NCBI GenBank assembly: GCA_965248695.1
Contig: CBDFKD010000002.1
Span: 800,001 to 864,000, forward strand
Direction: 5' to 3'
Length of the DNA: 64,000 bases
Source of the DNA: Acidobacteriota bacterium
GTDB taxonomy: Bacteria > Acidobacteriota > UBA890 > WLXD01
The translations under genes and the position numbers were made by a program. Within the stretch, counting starts at the first letter, position 1. Each line of letters begins with the position of its first letter. Positions 27,735 through 38,151 of the stretch are shown here, one piece after another. Below the pieces are notes generated by a model. The model was not told the origin of the DNA and did no database searches. It worked only from the letters and a program-made list of their open reading frames with translations.

Positions 27735-29249
27735 CTAGCGCCGGCTCACCGACGCCCAGTGGGTCAGTGCGTTACCCACCCGGACCGCCGGCGTAGAAAG
27801 GGCCGTCAGGGACCCGTTCATAACGTTGTCCCGCAAGCGCAGCTCGAGGCTTAGAAGGTGGGGTGTGCGGTTGGCGTCCTCGGTGCCGAGGTCGCCGCTG
27901 AACGAGCCCCGCAGGGTACCGGCGTCGAAGCGGGAGCGGTTGAGCAACGTCCATAACTGCGTGCCGAGCTTCACGTGAACGTGTCCTTGCGGGGTGATAG
28001 CTAGCCGCAGCGGGATCGAACCCAGATAGGTGACGACCTCACCGGCCCAGCTACCCTCGATGGCGCGTTTCGGGGTAGCGGGCGGCGACTCTGGGCCCCA
28101 CGGCGGTGGGCCGCTGCGATCGCCCGTCGGTGGCGGAGTTGTTGGCCGGACGCGGCGCGGGAAAAGAGTGGCCCAGATCATGTTGCTGATGTAGTCGGTC
28201 AACGGGACAGCGGCGTTGATCAACACCACCAACGCGGCATTCTCGTCGGGTGCGATCGCCAGCTCGGTGCGGACGCCGCCCATGCCGCCGCCGTGGCGCG
28301 CAACGCGGATGCCGCCGGGTAGCTCCCGGATCGTCCAGCCGAGGCCGTATTCCGTCCGCGGCGAGGATCGTGCCACAGGATCATGCGTCAGATCGATGGA
28401 CTCGTCCGAGAGAATTGGACGCTGTTCCGGCAAACGGTTCTTGAGGTGGAACATCCCGAATCGAATCAGATCGTGGGCGCTGCTGAAAACGGCCGACCCC
28501 CCCGGGTGATCGAAGTCGTAAAACGGGATGCGGCTCTGGTCGCTGGCGTAGCGGGTTGCAGCGAACAATTCCATGCCATCGCCGATGTGGATGGAGGTTC
28601 GGGTTAGCCCCAGGGGTGTGAACACTTCGTCGCGCATGTAGTCGGGGTAGGAGCGGCCGGAGACCCGCTCGATGATGGTGTCGAGGATGCCGTAGCCGAG
28701 GTTGGAGTAGTGCCAGCGCTCGTCGGGCGCGGTGACGAGGTTTGCGTAGCGGCGGATCGTCTCGTCCATTGGCGGCCGTCGGTACGGCTGGTCGCGGTAG
28801 AAGAACTGGTAGTGGAGCGGCAGGCCAGCGGTGTGGGCGGCGACGCGTCGGACGGTCGCCAGGCGGGCGTCGAAGGCTCGGCCGTTGATCTTGGCGTCGC
28901 CGAGATAGTCGTTCACCGGGACGTCCAGATCGACGAGGCCTCGCTCCACCAAGATCATCAGACCGGTGGCGGTGATCGGCTTGGAGATCGATGCCAGCGA
29001 GTACATCGTGTGCTCCGTGGCCGCAATGCGCCCCTCGCGATCGGCCCATCCGAATCCCTGCTCCCATGCGATCTCACCATCTCTAGCGACGGCCACGGCG
29101 ATCGACGGCACGTCGTAGTCGACGAGCGCACGCTCGATCGCGTCAGCGACGTCCTCGAACTCGGCGGCAGTTTGCGCCACGGTTGGCACGGACATCGAGA
29201 AGATTGGCGCCGCGACAAGCAGCGCCAACAGTGCCGAGAAACGTCGCAT
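27735..29249 (-). CDS. Secreted serine hydrolase (class C beta-lactamase-like)
   Basis: Signal peptide, SISK, YSN, HGGG. Confidence 0.9.
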   Translation of the reverse strand: MRRFSALLALLVAAPIFSMSVPTVAQTAAEFEDVADAIERALVDYDVPSIAVAVARDGEIAWEQGFGWADREGRIAATEHTMYSLASISKPITATGLMILVERGLVDLDVPVNDYLGDAKINGRAFDARLATVRRVAAHTAGLPLHYQFFYRDQPYRRPPMDETIRRYANLVTAPDERWHYSNLGYGILDTIIERVSGRSYPDYMRDEVFTPLGLTRTSIHIGDGMELFAATRYASDQSRIPFYDFDHPGGSAVFSSAHDLIRFGMFHLKNRLPEQRPILSDESIDLTHDPVARSSPRTEYGLGWTIRELPGGIRVARHGGGMGGVRTELAIAPDENAALVVLINAAVPLTDYISNMIWATLFPRRVRPTTPPPTGDRSGPPPWGPESPPATPKRAIEGSWAGEVVTYLGSIPLRLAITPQGHVHVKLGTQLWTLLNRSRFDAGTLRGSFSGDLGTEDANRTPHLLSLELRLRDNVMNGSLTALSTPAVRVGNALTHWASVSRR

Positions 29250-29656
29250 CAGATCTTCTCGTTACGTGGCGGGGGCTGGGGAGCCGGTCGAGCAGGGTCG
29301 CTGCTTGGGGCTTCGAGCTTGGCGAGGCTCTTCTTCGGAGCGATGAGCCGATAGCTCTCCAGAATGAGCTCGCGCACATCGTCCCAGTCCTCGACGTCGG
29401 TGGCGTCCATCGATACCCAGCCATGCTTGCCGACGTATGGTGCCGGCCAGAAATTCGGGTCCTCGACGATCTGGCGCGCGGTGTCCTTCTCGAGCTTGAA
29501 GCCGATGACGGTCTTGCCCTTCTCGTCGCCATAGCCGGCGAAGATCTTGTCGCCGACGCGGAAATACGGCTCGCCCCAGGTCTCGGTCTCCTTGGTGTCG
29601 GGCAGGGCGAGACAGATCTCTCGTAACCTGGTCAGCGACGCGGGGGCATCGGTCAT
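29249..29656 (-). CDS. MmcQ/YjbR family protein
   Basis: WGEPYFRVGDKIF, APYVGKHGWV, ESYRL. Confidence 0.9.
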   Translation of the reverse strand: MTDAPASLTRLREICLALPDTKETETWGEPYFRVGDKIFAGYGDEKGKTVIGFKLEKDTARQIVEDPNFWPAPYVGKHGWVSMDATDVEDWDDVRELILESYRLIAPKKSLAKLEAPSSDPARPAPQPPPRNEKI

Positions 29657-29665
29657 CGATCTATC

Positions 29666-30970
29666 TCAGGCTCCGGCGGCGCTGGCCCTCGATTGGCGAG
29701 CCACGTAGAACAGCGTAGCGGCGCCAATCATCGCCCCCACCGCGATCCAATCGGCGAGGGCCGCCTGCCACAGGAGCCACAGAATCACTGCTGCTGCCAG
29801 GCCCGGGATCAGCGGACCCCCTGGGAGCTTGAACACTCTGTCTGAGGCCCGCACGTCGCGACGTCGGAGCTCAACCGTAGTAGCGACTGTCGCCAGGTAG
29901 ACGAGCAGGACGGCCACTGTCGACAGGATCGCGAGGGATTGAAAGGCACCAGTCGCGGCGAATGCGAACGCCATCAGACCGTAGAACGCGATCGCCACAT
30001 GTGGTGTGCGGAAGGTCGGGTGAATGGCGGCAAGCCGTGTCGGCAGGATCCCGTCGCGCGCCGAGGCGTACACTGCTCGCGGCGATCCGAGGAGGTCTCC
30101 CACGCAGGTAGCGAACATGGAAATCGCGGCACCAGCGAGCAGGATTGTTGCTCCCAGACCGCCGACCATGGTTTGCGCCGTGACCGCGAGCGGTGCCTCC
30201 GTCTCGTTCGCCAGCTGCGCTCCGAGCACGCCCTGGGCGACGATTTGAAGGCCGAGGTAAAGGGCAAGGATCCCCGCTACGCCGGAGAGGAGGCCGAGGG
30301 GAACCGTGCGCGCCGGATCGCGGATCTCGCCGCTCGGTGTGAGGGACGCTTCCGCACCCCCGAAAGCGAAGAACAGCATCAGCGTTGCGGCACCGAAAGT
30401 GCCAAGGGACGGAACTGTATCGATCGCCAGGTTCTCGGCGCGAATAAAGAACGACCCGATCAGAACCAGGCCGACGAGGGGCAGGAGCTTTATGAGGGTC
30501 AGAATCTCGACCGCTCGCGCACCGCGCTTGGCTCCACGGATGTTGATCCAGGCCAGCCCCGTGAACATCGCGCCGAGAAAAGCGAGGCGCGGAACTTGCT
30601 GGTGCAGCACCGGCACGACGCTGCTCAACGTGTCGAGCAGCCCGTTCGCAACCGCGGCGATGGAGACGGTCGCATATGCCAGCCAGTACAGCGTGCTGAC
30701 CAGGAAGCCGGCTAACGGGCCGAACGCGGCTTCGACGTAGGCACATGCTCCGCCGGATTCGAACACGCGACTCCCGGACTCCGCGAAGCACAGCAGGATG
30801 AGGAACATCGCCGCACCGCAGACTAGATATGCCAATACTGCGGCCGTGCCGAGCTGAGCGGCCACCAGTGCCGGTAGCAGAAAAATCCCGGCGCCAACGG
30901 TCATGTTGATCGTGTTCGCCGCCAGCGCACGTACGCCGATGACGCGCTGAAGCGACGGCCGATCCGTCAT
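29666..30970 (-). CDS. APC family amino acid permease
   Basis: VGAGIF, FAFGGAE, GEIRDP; about 12 TM helices. Confidence 0.9.
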   Translation of the reverse strand: MTDRPSLQRVIGVRALAANTINMTVGAGIFLLPALVAAQLGTAAVLAYLVCGAAMFLILLCFAESGSRVFESGGACAYVEAAFGPLAGFLVSTLYWLAYATVSIAAVANGLLDTLSSVVPVLHQQVPRLAFLGAMFTGLAWINIRGAKRGARAVEILTLIKLLPLVGLVLIGSFFIRAENLAIDTVPSLGTFGAATLMLFFAFGGAEASLTPSGEIRDPARTVPLGLLSGVAGILALYLGLQIVAQGVLGAQLANETEAPLAVTAQTMVGGLGATILLAGAAISMFATCVGDLLGSPRAVYASARDGILPTRLAAIHPTFRTPHVAIAFYGLMAFAFAATGAFQSLAILSTVAVLLVYLATVATTVELRRRDVRASDRVFKLPGGPLIPGLAAAVILWLLWQAALADWIAVGAMIGAATLFYVARQSRASAAGA

Positions 30971-31437
30971 GTGGCCTGCCCGCCAGCCCGCCCTAGGAAA
31001 TCGAGTGCCTCCGTGGCGGCTTCGAGGACGCCGAGCTCGGACTCGTCCAGACGCTCGAGCTCCGCAGCAATCCGCTCGAGGCGGCGCCGGCGGGCGGCAT
31101 CCATCATCCTGCGCCCTTTCGCTGTGGCATGAACGATTACTCGGCGACGGTCCGAGGTGGCGCGCTCTCTACGGACCAGACCGGCTTCCTCGAGCGGGTT
31201 GAGGATCCGGGAGATGGCGGGCGCCGAGACCATCTCGGCTCCGGCGAGCTCCCCGACAGTTCTGGCTCCCGCGAAGCACAGGACCGAAAGCAGGGAGAGG
31301 CGCTCCGGACTCAAACCGGTCGTCTGGTCGGCGGTTCGGGCTCGACGCAGCAGGTGAATGGCGGCGGAGTGAAGCCGGTTGGCGATCCGGGTTACCCGAG
31401 TGTCGGCGAGGCCGGTCGGGATCGGCGGGCTTGACAT
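30967..31437 (-). CDS. MarR family transcriptional regulator
   Basis: wHTH with DRRRV motif. Confidence 0.9.
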   Translation of the reverse strand: MSSPPIPTGLADTRVTRIANRLHSAAIHLLRRARTADQTTGLSPERLSLLSVLCFAGARTVGELAGAEMVSAPAISRILNPLEEAGLVRRERATSDRRRVIVHATAKGRRMMDAARRRRLERIAAELERLDESELGVLEAATEALDFLGRAGGQAT

Positions 31438-31443
31438 GTGTAG

Positions 31444-31456
31444 TTAACATTGTTAA
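31444..31456. promoter_or_regulatory. Putative MarR operator
   Basis: TTAACA-T-TGTTAA inverted repeat in the AT-rich gap between divergent marR and VOC genes. Confidence 0.6.
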
Positions 31457-31525
31457 TGATTAATAGTGTTATTGATTGTAGTCCGTTCATGTCCCTCGCT
31501 ACAACCCGGAGCTTGGGGAGAGACC

Positions 31526-31909
31526 GTGGCCAACGACCTGCGCATCGACACCATCGGGCAGATCCACATCAGCGTCGACGACGTTCAACGCGCCGTCGTG
31601 TTCTATCGCGACGTGCTGGGGATGAAGCTCCTCTTCGAGGTGCCCGGACAGCCGATGGCGTTCTTCGACTGTGGCGGCGTGCGCCTGTATCTGGGGCGGC
31701 CAGAGAATCCCGACTTCCATTCCAGCCCGTTGATTTATTACCGCGTGGACTCGATCGGCGAGGCGCACGAAACGTTGAGGCAGCGTGGCGTGAATTTCGA
31801 CGGCGAGCCGCGCGTCGTGCACCGTACCGAGGACAGCGAGCTGTGGCTGGTGGGCTTCAAGGACCCCGACGGCAACAACGCGTGTTTGATGTGTGAGCGC
31901 CCGCGCTAG
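31526..31909 (+). CDS. VOC (glyoxalase) family protein
   Basis: IGQIHISVDD..RA..FYRDVLG, FKDPDGN. Confidence 0.9.
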   Translation: MANDLRIDTIGQIHISVDDVQRAVVFYRDVLGMKLLFEVPGQPMAFFDCGGVRLYLGRPENPDFHSSPLIYYRVDSIGEAHETLRQRGVNFDGEPRVVHRTEDSELWLVGFKDPDGNNACLMCERPR

Positions 31910-33237
31910 CGGTGATGCTTTTCCACCGTCTGCGACGACCTGGCAGGTGCGGCCGCTAGCTTGACGCCGCGAAGCGATCGTCTATGGCTCGACGATCTTG
32001 GCCTCGGTGAGCTGCGCGACTCCGGCAACGTTGTTTGCGCGGCGTTCAGGCCGAGGCGGAAATCGTTGTCGCTGAACGTCGAGAAGCGATCGGTGGGCTG
32101 ATGCCAATTCGGATCCCAGCCTGCCCCGATCTGCGCACCGCGCTCGTTTTCTCGCAGGCTGATCGCAGGCACTACATCCATGAAGGGCGTGGAGTCCGTG
32201 TTGGTCATGTGCGGACCCACGGTTGCCGGATAGTCGGTCGCGTACGCGTCGCTGGCTGCCTTGAGTAGAAATGCCAGCTGGCGAGATTCCGCCGCCATCG
32301 CGGAGTCCGATTGATACTCGATGTTGACGTCTGCCTCGGGACGCTGATCTCGACTCACTGTACCGTCAGCGCGCGGCGCGCCGTGGTCAAATAGCATCAT
32401 GTCGTGCTGGATCATCCGCAGCCAACGCGGCTCCGGATAGCGGCCCGATCCGGCCGGCTCCTCCTGGCCCTGCAGTGCCTGGCGCTGCTCCACATAGGCG
32501 CGGCTGCCGTTGAGGCCGGTCTCTTCGTTGTTCCACAGGGCGAAGCGGATCGAGCGCTCGGTGCGCACGTCGGGCGCGTTGAAGACGCGTGCCAGTTCCA
32601 TGACGATGGCGGTCCCCGAGCCGTCGTCGTTGGCCGCCTCGCCCCAGCCGTGTCCGTCCATATGCGCACCGACGATGTACATCTCTTCCGGGTGCGTGGC
32701 GCCGACCTTGGTGCAGTAGACCTCCTGGCGTTCCCCGTCCACGGCCGGTTCACGGTTCAGCTGGCGCAGTTCCTCGTCGGGCTGTGCCATCGGGTCGTTG
32801 TTCACGCCAGTGTGGCCACGATAGCCGAAGATCGAGCTGCCGCCGGGGCCGGACCCGTTCCGTCCGACCAGACCTCCAGTCGAGGTCTTGAGGCCAGGAT
32901 CGTCGTCGGCCTGCGGCCAGCGTCGCCGCCGCCGTTCTGGAGCGTTCTCCGGCGGAAAGACGTAGGTGACACGTCCGGTGAGCGTGCACCCGTACGACTT
33001 TAGCTCCTCCTCGATCCAATCGATCGCGTCGCGGTTGCGCTGGGTTCCCTGTCGTCGATCGCCGAACTTCGTCAGGCCCTGGAGGGTGGCTTTGTACTGG
33101 GTCAGGTCGAGCCTGCTGACGAGCATCCGGACCGGGTCGTTGTCGGACTCGACGCCTTGCTCTTGTGCCGGACTGGCGCTGCCCGCGCTCGCCGCCAGTA
33201 GGAGACTCGCTGTCAGAAACGGGAGTTTCGCTCGCAT
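31906..33237 (-). CDS. Secreted M28 family peptidase (probable 1-nt frameshift near the C-terminus)
   Basis: GAHMD, ANDDGSG, EE, HDM, WHQPTD. The alternate frame gives the natural end AGVAQLTEAKIVEP* at about 31982. Confidence 0.88.
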   Translation of the reverse strand: MRAKLPFLTASLLLAASAGSASPAQEQGVESDNDPVRMLVSRLDLTQYKATLQGLTKFGDRRQGTQRNRDAIDWIEEELKSYGCTLTGRVTYVFPPENAPERRRRRWPQADDDPGLKTSTGGLVGRNGSGPGGSSIFGYRGHTGVNNDPMAQPDEELRQLNREPAVDGERQEVYCTKVGATHPEEMYIVGAHMDGHGWGEAANDDGSGTAIVMELARVFNAPDVRTERSIRFALWNNEETGLNGSRAYVEQRQALQGQEEPAGSGRYPEPRWLRMIQHDMMLFDHGAPRADGTVSRDQRPEADVNIEYQSDSAMAAESRQLAFLLKAASDAYATDYPATVGPHMTNTDSTPFMDVVPAISLRENERGAQIGAGWDPNWHQPTDRFSTFSDNDFRLGLNAAQTTLPESRSSPRPRSSSHRRSLRGVKLAAAPARSSQTVEKHHR

Positions 33238-33319
33238 ATCGTGTCTCCGGATTGGTCGGGTTCTAGAGATCCACGCCGACTCGGCATGTGTGGCTGTGGG
33301 TACGGTGGCTGGTCTCCGG

Positions 33320-33679
33320 TCAGTTCGTCTTCTTCACATAGGATTGTCGACGGCCCGTCAACACGATTGCCGGTACCGTCAGCAGCAGCGTCCCCAATTT
33401 GTACCAGGAGGGTTCGGCGCCGAGCTGCATGGCGAGGTTCGCCAGCGTCGCCAGGGCAACCAACCCGCCGACGATTGCGCTCGCCAGCCTGCCGTGGGGG
33501 CCAGCGATCACCGTTGTCGCCAGACCTGAGCCCAGCCCGATCAGAAGCAGGCCGACCAGCGCCACCAGCGCTCTCACTGCTCCCGCGCCCGCCATTGCCG
33601 TCCCGACCAGCAGCATACTTGCCGCGGCGAACGACAAGTACCCGACCACGATCCCGACGATGGTACGTAGAGCGCTCAC
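33320..33679 (-). CDS. Hypothetical membrane protein
   Basis: 4 TM helices, 'EPSWY'. Confidence 0.7.
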   Translation of the reverse strand: MSALRTIVGIVVGYLSFAAASMLLVGTAMAGAGAVRALVALVGLLLIGLGSGLATTVIAGPHGRLASAIVGGLVALATLANLAMQLGAEPSWYKLGTLLLTVPAIVLTGRRQSYVKKTN

Positions 33680-33813
33680 GAAGGACCTCTCCGATTGGTT
33701 GGACGCCGAGCGCGATCGCTGGCGTGACGGCCGTCCGTCGACGCCCTGCCTCGAAGAAACGAGCGACTCGAACGGCGGATGGTGATGGTCACCGGCGACG
33801 ACTTCCGTCGCCG

Positions 33814-34221
33814 TCAGCCGCTAGCGACGATCAACCGCCGCACTGTCCAGGCTGAAAGCGGAAAGTAAATGGCCTCGGCTGCGACGCCCGCTCCCGCTTC
33901 TTGCCATGAGTAGCCGGGAGCGATCGCCTGCCCCACCTCGACGACGGCATACATCAGCCACCAGGCTCCGGCGTAGCCGAGCCAGCGATCGCGCAGCGAA
34001 TCGCGCCCCAGGTGGAAGATCGCCACGAATCCGAAGGCGACGCCCACCTTCATCACGATGACACCGGTCAGGAAGGACCCGGACCCGTCGCTAGGTGGCT
34101 CGAGGCCCGTCAAGACGGCAAGAGCTCCGTACGGGATCAGCGGCGCGACAAACATGATTGCGAACGTGGCCAGGAACGCCAGAATCAACTGCTGGGTGCC
34201 TGGCGTCGAGTCGTGGCTCAT
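33814..34221 (-). CDS. Hypothetical membrane protein
   Basis: 4 TM helices, 'EAIYFPLS'. Confidence 0.7.
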   Translation of the reverse strand: MSHDSTPGTQQLILAFLATFAIMFVAPLIPYGALAVLTGLEPPSDGSGSFLTGVIVMKVGVAFGFVAIFHLGRDSLRDRWLGYAGAWWLMYAVVEVGQAIAPGYSWQEAGAGVAAEAIYFPLSAWTVRRLIVASG

Positions 34222-34366
34222 TCTGGCCTGCCTGTCGTTGCGTCGTTGCTCGCTGCACCCCAACGTATGCTGCAGCGCCTTCTCACGCGGACCCCTCCGT
34301 GTCCTGCAAGCCTTTCACAGCATGTGGCACGCGGCGACCGATGACGACGCCACCGGCGAGGATAAG

Positions 34367-35626
34367 TGACCTGACCCCGCGGTTAGTACCATGTCTTATC
34401 TCAGTAACTCGGTGCTGACAAGAGGTTGTTGAGGCCGGCGAAGCGGAGCGCAGCCGGCTTCAACAACGTCGCTTCGGGTGCGGGCGGCCGATAGCTCAGC
34501 GAGCTGTGCGGTCGCATGCGGTTGTAGTGCTGACGCCATCTCTCGATCAGAACCTTTGCCTCCTTGAGCGTGTAGAAGATCTCTCCATCCAGCAGCTCGT
34601 CGCGTAGCTTGCCGTTGAAGCTCTCCACGTAACCGTTCTCCCACGGCGAGCCCGGCTCGATGAACAGCGTCCCCACGCCCAACCGGCCCAGCCAGTCGCG
34701 AACCGCCTCGGCGGTGAACTCTGGTCCGTTATCCGACCGGATGTGCTCAGGTATGCCCCGGTGTACGAACAACCTCCCGAGCTGCTCCAGCACGTCCTCA
34801 GAGTTGAGCTTCCGTGCTACATGGATCGCCAGGCTTTCTCGTGTGTACTCATCGACGATCGTCAGCAGCCTCATAGCCCGACCGTCGTGCGTCCGGTGGT
34901 GCAGGAAGTCATACGCCCAGACATGATCCCGGTGCTGTGGGCGCAGCCGGATGCAGGAGCCATCGCTCAGCCACAGCCGTGCTCGTTTGGGCTGTTTTCT
35001 CGGTACTTTCAGCCCTTCGCGCCGCCAGATACGCTGCACTCGTTTGTGGTTCACGGACCAGCCCTCCATGCGCAGCAACGCTGTCACCCTCCGATATCCG
35101 TAGCGCCCGTACTGTCGGGCTAAATCCACGATCCGCTCCGTCAAAATCTGCTCCTGTTGCGGCTCTCTTGGCACGTACCGGTGTGTCGTGCGTGGTTGTT
35201 TCAGTACCCGACACGCCCGCCTCTCCGAGACGCCCAGCCGCCCCCGTACATGTGCCACCGCCTCTCGCCGCCGAGCTGGGCTCAGAAGTTTCCCTCCGCC
35301 ACTTCCTTCAGGATCGACAGGTCGAGTTCCTTTTCCGCCACCAGCCTCTTGAGCCGGGCATTCTCCTTCTCCAGTTGCTTGAGCTTTCTGGCCTGGTTGA
35401 GCTTCAGTCCGCCGTACTCTCGCCGCCACCGGTAGTAGGTGTGCTCGGTGATTGCTAGCTTGCGGCAGGCATCCTTGACCGTCGCCCCTCGAGCCAGCTC
35501 CACCTCAGCCTCCCGGAGCTTGCGTACGATCTGCTCGGCGCTGTGCCTCTTACTCGGCATTCTGACCTCCCGTTCTTGACCCAGATCGTGAGATTACATC
35601 CGGATCCGTTTTCGGGGGTCAGGTCA
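34367..35626 (-). mobile_element. IS3 family insertion sequence (IS407-like)
   Basis: TG...CA ends with TIR TGACCTGACCCC at both termini; orfA/orfB arrangement; no target duplication visible. Confidence 0.92.
34401..35560 (-). CDS. IS3 transposase OrfA (35282-35560) + OrfB (to 34401) via -1 frameshift
   Basis: OrfA HTH 'YYRWRREYGG'; OrfB 'WAYDF', 'SDNGPEF', 'ESFNGKLRDE'; slippery GGGAAAC at 35294-35288. Confidence 0.93.
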
Positions 35627-35638
35627 CAGGCTGGTCTG

Positions 35639-35675
35639 TTGACTGTGGATAGAACTGTGGAAGATACTCCACATC
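35639..35675 (+). promoter_or_regulatory. TA promoter/operator (possibly leaderless)
   Basis: TTGACT-18-GATACT ending 7 nt before the ATG; TGTGGA twice and inverted TCCACA. Confidence 0.55.
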
Positions 35676-35909
35676 ATGGCTACAATTCAGATCGTTCTGG
35701 ACGAAGAGCTGTTGCGCGCCGCCGACGAGGCGGCCGAGCGCCGGAAGGTGAATCGTTCGGCGCTTATTCGCCGGGCCTTGAGGGACTTGGTACGCGGCGA
35801 TCGGCTGAGCGACCTGGAACGCCGAGATCGTGCGGGTTACGACAGCCTCCCTGACGGCGGGGCGGATCTGGCGGTCTGGGAGGACATTCTCGAGTGGCCG
35901 GTAGATTAG
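35676..35909 (+). CDS. Ribbon-helix-helix antitoxin
   Basis: TIQIVLDEELL...NRSALIRRAL, acidic tail, upstream of toxin. Confidence 0.85.
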   Translation: MATIQIVLDEELLRAADEAAERRKVNRSALIRRALRDLVRGDRLSDLERRDRAGYDSLPDGGADLAVWEDILEWPVD

Positions 35910-36244
35910 TGTCGCGGCTCCAGCGCGGCGAGATCCGACTTGTCAGTTTCGCCTCGCCGGACAAAGTCCGACCGGCCCTCGTCATCACCCGCGACAGCGC
36001 CCTGGGCTACCTGAACACCGTAACCGTGGCCCCGATCACGTCGTCGATCAGAGGGGTGCCGTCCGAGGTCCGGCTCGGAGTCGACGATGGCATGAAGCGC
36101 GAATGCGTCGTCAACCTGCACCACCTGGCGACAATTTCCCGTGATCGGCTCGGGCGCCGCCTTGTGAGCCTCACGGACGAGCGGATGCGCTCCGTATGCC
36201 GGGCGATCGGCTTCGCGCTGGGGTGTGAGGACCGGTCGAGGTAA
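35909..36244 (+). CDS. mazF: PemK/MazF family toxin
   Basis: RGEI...KVRPALVI...VTVAPITS. Confidence 0.88.
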   Translation: MSRLQRGEIRLVSFASPDKVRPALVITRDSALGYLNTVTVAPITSSIRGVPSEVRLGVDDGMKRECVVNLHHLATISRDRLGRRLVSLTDERMRSVCRAIGFALGCEDRSR

Positions 36245-36447
36245 AGCTCGTATCTGTGCGGATCGATGATCAGCGACCATCCGATATCCGGGCGGCCGCC
36301 TTAGAGTGAACGGTTAACGCCTACGGCGCTCCCGGCGCGTCCTTCGCACACCTGAAACCGGTGTCCGGGTAGCTGTTGGACTGCAGGTCGCTGGTGCGCC
36401 GCGAGGCGCGATCAGCCCTGGCCTCCCGTCCCAGGAGTTGTCACGCA

Positions 36448-36654
36448 TCACCCTGCGTTCGCCGGGATCATCGTTCCTGGGGTGACGACCTCGTCCGCGG
36501 CCAAGTCGGGATGGTGCTGTCGTAGTCGGCTCGCCACGTCCGCGTAAATGCGGACTTCGCGGCCGCTGTTGCGAATGGCGAGGTCAGCAAGATCGGCCGC
36601 CGCCTCGGTCAGGTTGCTCCGTGCCTGCTCGTAGGTCCTCGGGATGGCCCTCAG
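36448..36654 (-). pseudogene. Internal gene remnant (DUF885-like)
   Basis: LRAIPRTYEQARSNLTEAAADLADLAIR...HHPDLAAD with coding-like codon bias and no start codon. Confidence 0.45.
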
Positions 36655-36756
36655 AGTCGCCCCTCGGTACGGGCTAGCGAACGAGCGCGGCCTGGATTCG
36701 CGCCGGGTTTCCTGCCAAGTTCATCCTGTCGTTCTCTCACCTGAGAAAACTGCGCC

Positions 36757-38139
36757 ATGACCTCGACGCGAAGAGCCTTCCTCATCGGAGCGGCAGCAGT
36801 GGGACAGATCGCCGCGCTGGGACGGCGCGTCGCGGCCGCTGTGAGCGGACGATCGATGCCCGCGAGTGCTGCCCCCGCGCCGACGCGCACTGTCCAGCTC
36901 CCCCGTACCCACGAGCCGTTCGTGTCCCACGGGCCATTCGTGGGACACCTCACGCACACCAGTGCTGCGGTGTGGGCACGGTGTTCGGAGCCGGGTGTCT
37001 ATCGCCTCACTGCCCGGGGCGGCAGCACGAAGGAGCCCCGGATGGCGACAGCCGAGGCGACGGTCGAGAACGATCTGTGCGTCGTGTGGCAACTGACAGG
37101 ACTACGGTCACAAACGAGATACGCGTACGAGGTTGCCTATCAAGATCAGCCGATCTTCGGCGACGACGACGCCTTCTTCGTGACACCCGCCCCCGAGGAC
37201 ACGCCGACGATCGTCCGACTAGCGGTCGGATCGTGCGCCTTTGAAGACAGTGGATCGGCTGCGGTTTGGCGTCGAATGTCCGCTACGGATCCACATGCCG
37301 TCGTGCTCCTGGGAGATACGCCCTATATCGACACGACAGCGCTGGATGTTCAGCGCACTCGATATGGTGAGTTCGCCGCGATAGCGGATTTCGCCGACCT
37401 GCTTCGCAACAGATCGCTCTACGCCACCTGGGACGACCACGATTTCGGCCAGAACGACACCGATGGACGACTCGACGGCAAGGTGAACGCGCGTCGGGCA
37501 TTCGTCGAATATCATGCCAACCCGTCGTACGGAGACGGCAGCGAAGGGATCTACACGAAGTTCCGGCGTGGTGGCGTGGAGGTGTTCTTGCTCGACACCC
37601 GATACTTCGCCGGCACCGAGCCCTCGCCGGCCTCTGCCGACCATCCGACGCTACTCGGCCAGCAACAGTGGGAGTGGTTGCGCCAGGAGCTACGAGCCTC
37701 GACCGCCCCCTTCAAGCTACTGGCGTCGGGAATGATCTGGAATGGAGCCGTGCGCCCAGGCAAGCCCGATCACTGGGGAAGCTATCATCGGCATGAGCGG
37801 GAGGCGCTATTTCGTTTCATCGGCGAAGAGCGAATCCCGGGAGTGGTGCTGGTCGGCGGCGATATCCATCGCACCCGCGTCCTGCAACACCGAACCACCG
37901 GAACGGCCGGCTACCCGCTCACGGAGCTCATCACCTCGCCTATCCATGACAGCATCATCGACACCGCCAACGCACCGCACCCCGCTCTGGTCCATGACTC
38001 GGGTGAGCCGCATGCGTTTCTTCTCGTAACGGTCGACACGACGGTGACACCCCCGATCCTCGTCGCCCAGTTCCAGAACGCGGCGGGACGCGAGCTGTAC
38101 TCGCTGACGCTGAACACCAAGCAGTTGTCAACGGAGTAG
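36757..38139 (+). CDS. phoD: PhoD-like alkaline phosphatase (Tat signal)
   Basis: TRRAFL, GSC, LGDTPY, WDDHD, LDTRY, GDIH. Confidence 0.88.
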   Translation: MTSTRRAFLIGAAAVGQIAALGRRVAAAVSGRSMPASAAPAPTRTVQLPRTHEPFVSHGPFVGHLTHTSAAVWARCSEPGVYRLTARGGSTKEPRMATAEATVENDLCVVWQLTGLRSQTRYAYEVAYQDQPIFGDDDAFFVTPAPEDTPTIVRLAVGSCAFEDSGSAAVWRRMSATDPHAVVLLGDTPYIDTTALDVQRTRYGEFAAIADFADLLRNRSLYATWDDHDFGQNDTDGRLDGKVNARRAFVEYHANPSYGDGSEGIYTKFRRGGVEVFLLDTRYFAGTEPSPASADHPTLLGQQQWEWLRQELRASTAPFKLLASGMIWNGAVRPGKPDHWGSYHRHEREALFRFIGEERIPGVVLVGGDIHRTRVLQHRTTGTAGYPLTELITSPIHDSIIDTANAPHPALVHDSGEPHAFLLVTVDTTVTPPILVAQFQNAAGRELYSLTLNTKQLSTE

Positions 38140-38151
38140 GTGCTCGGCGAG

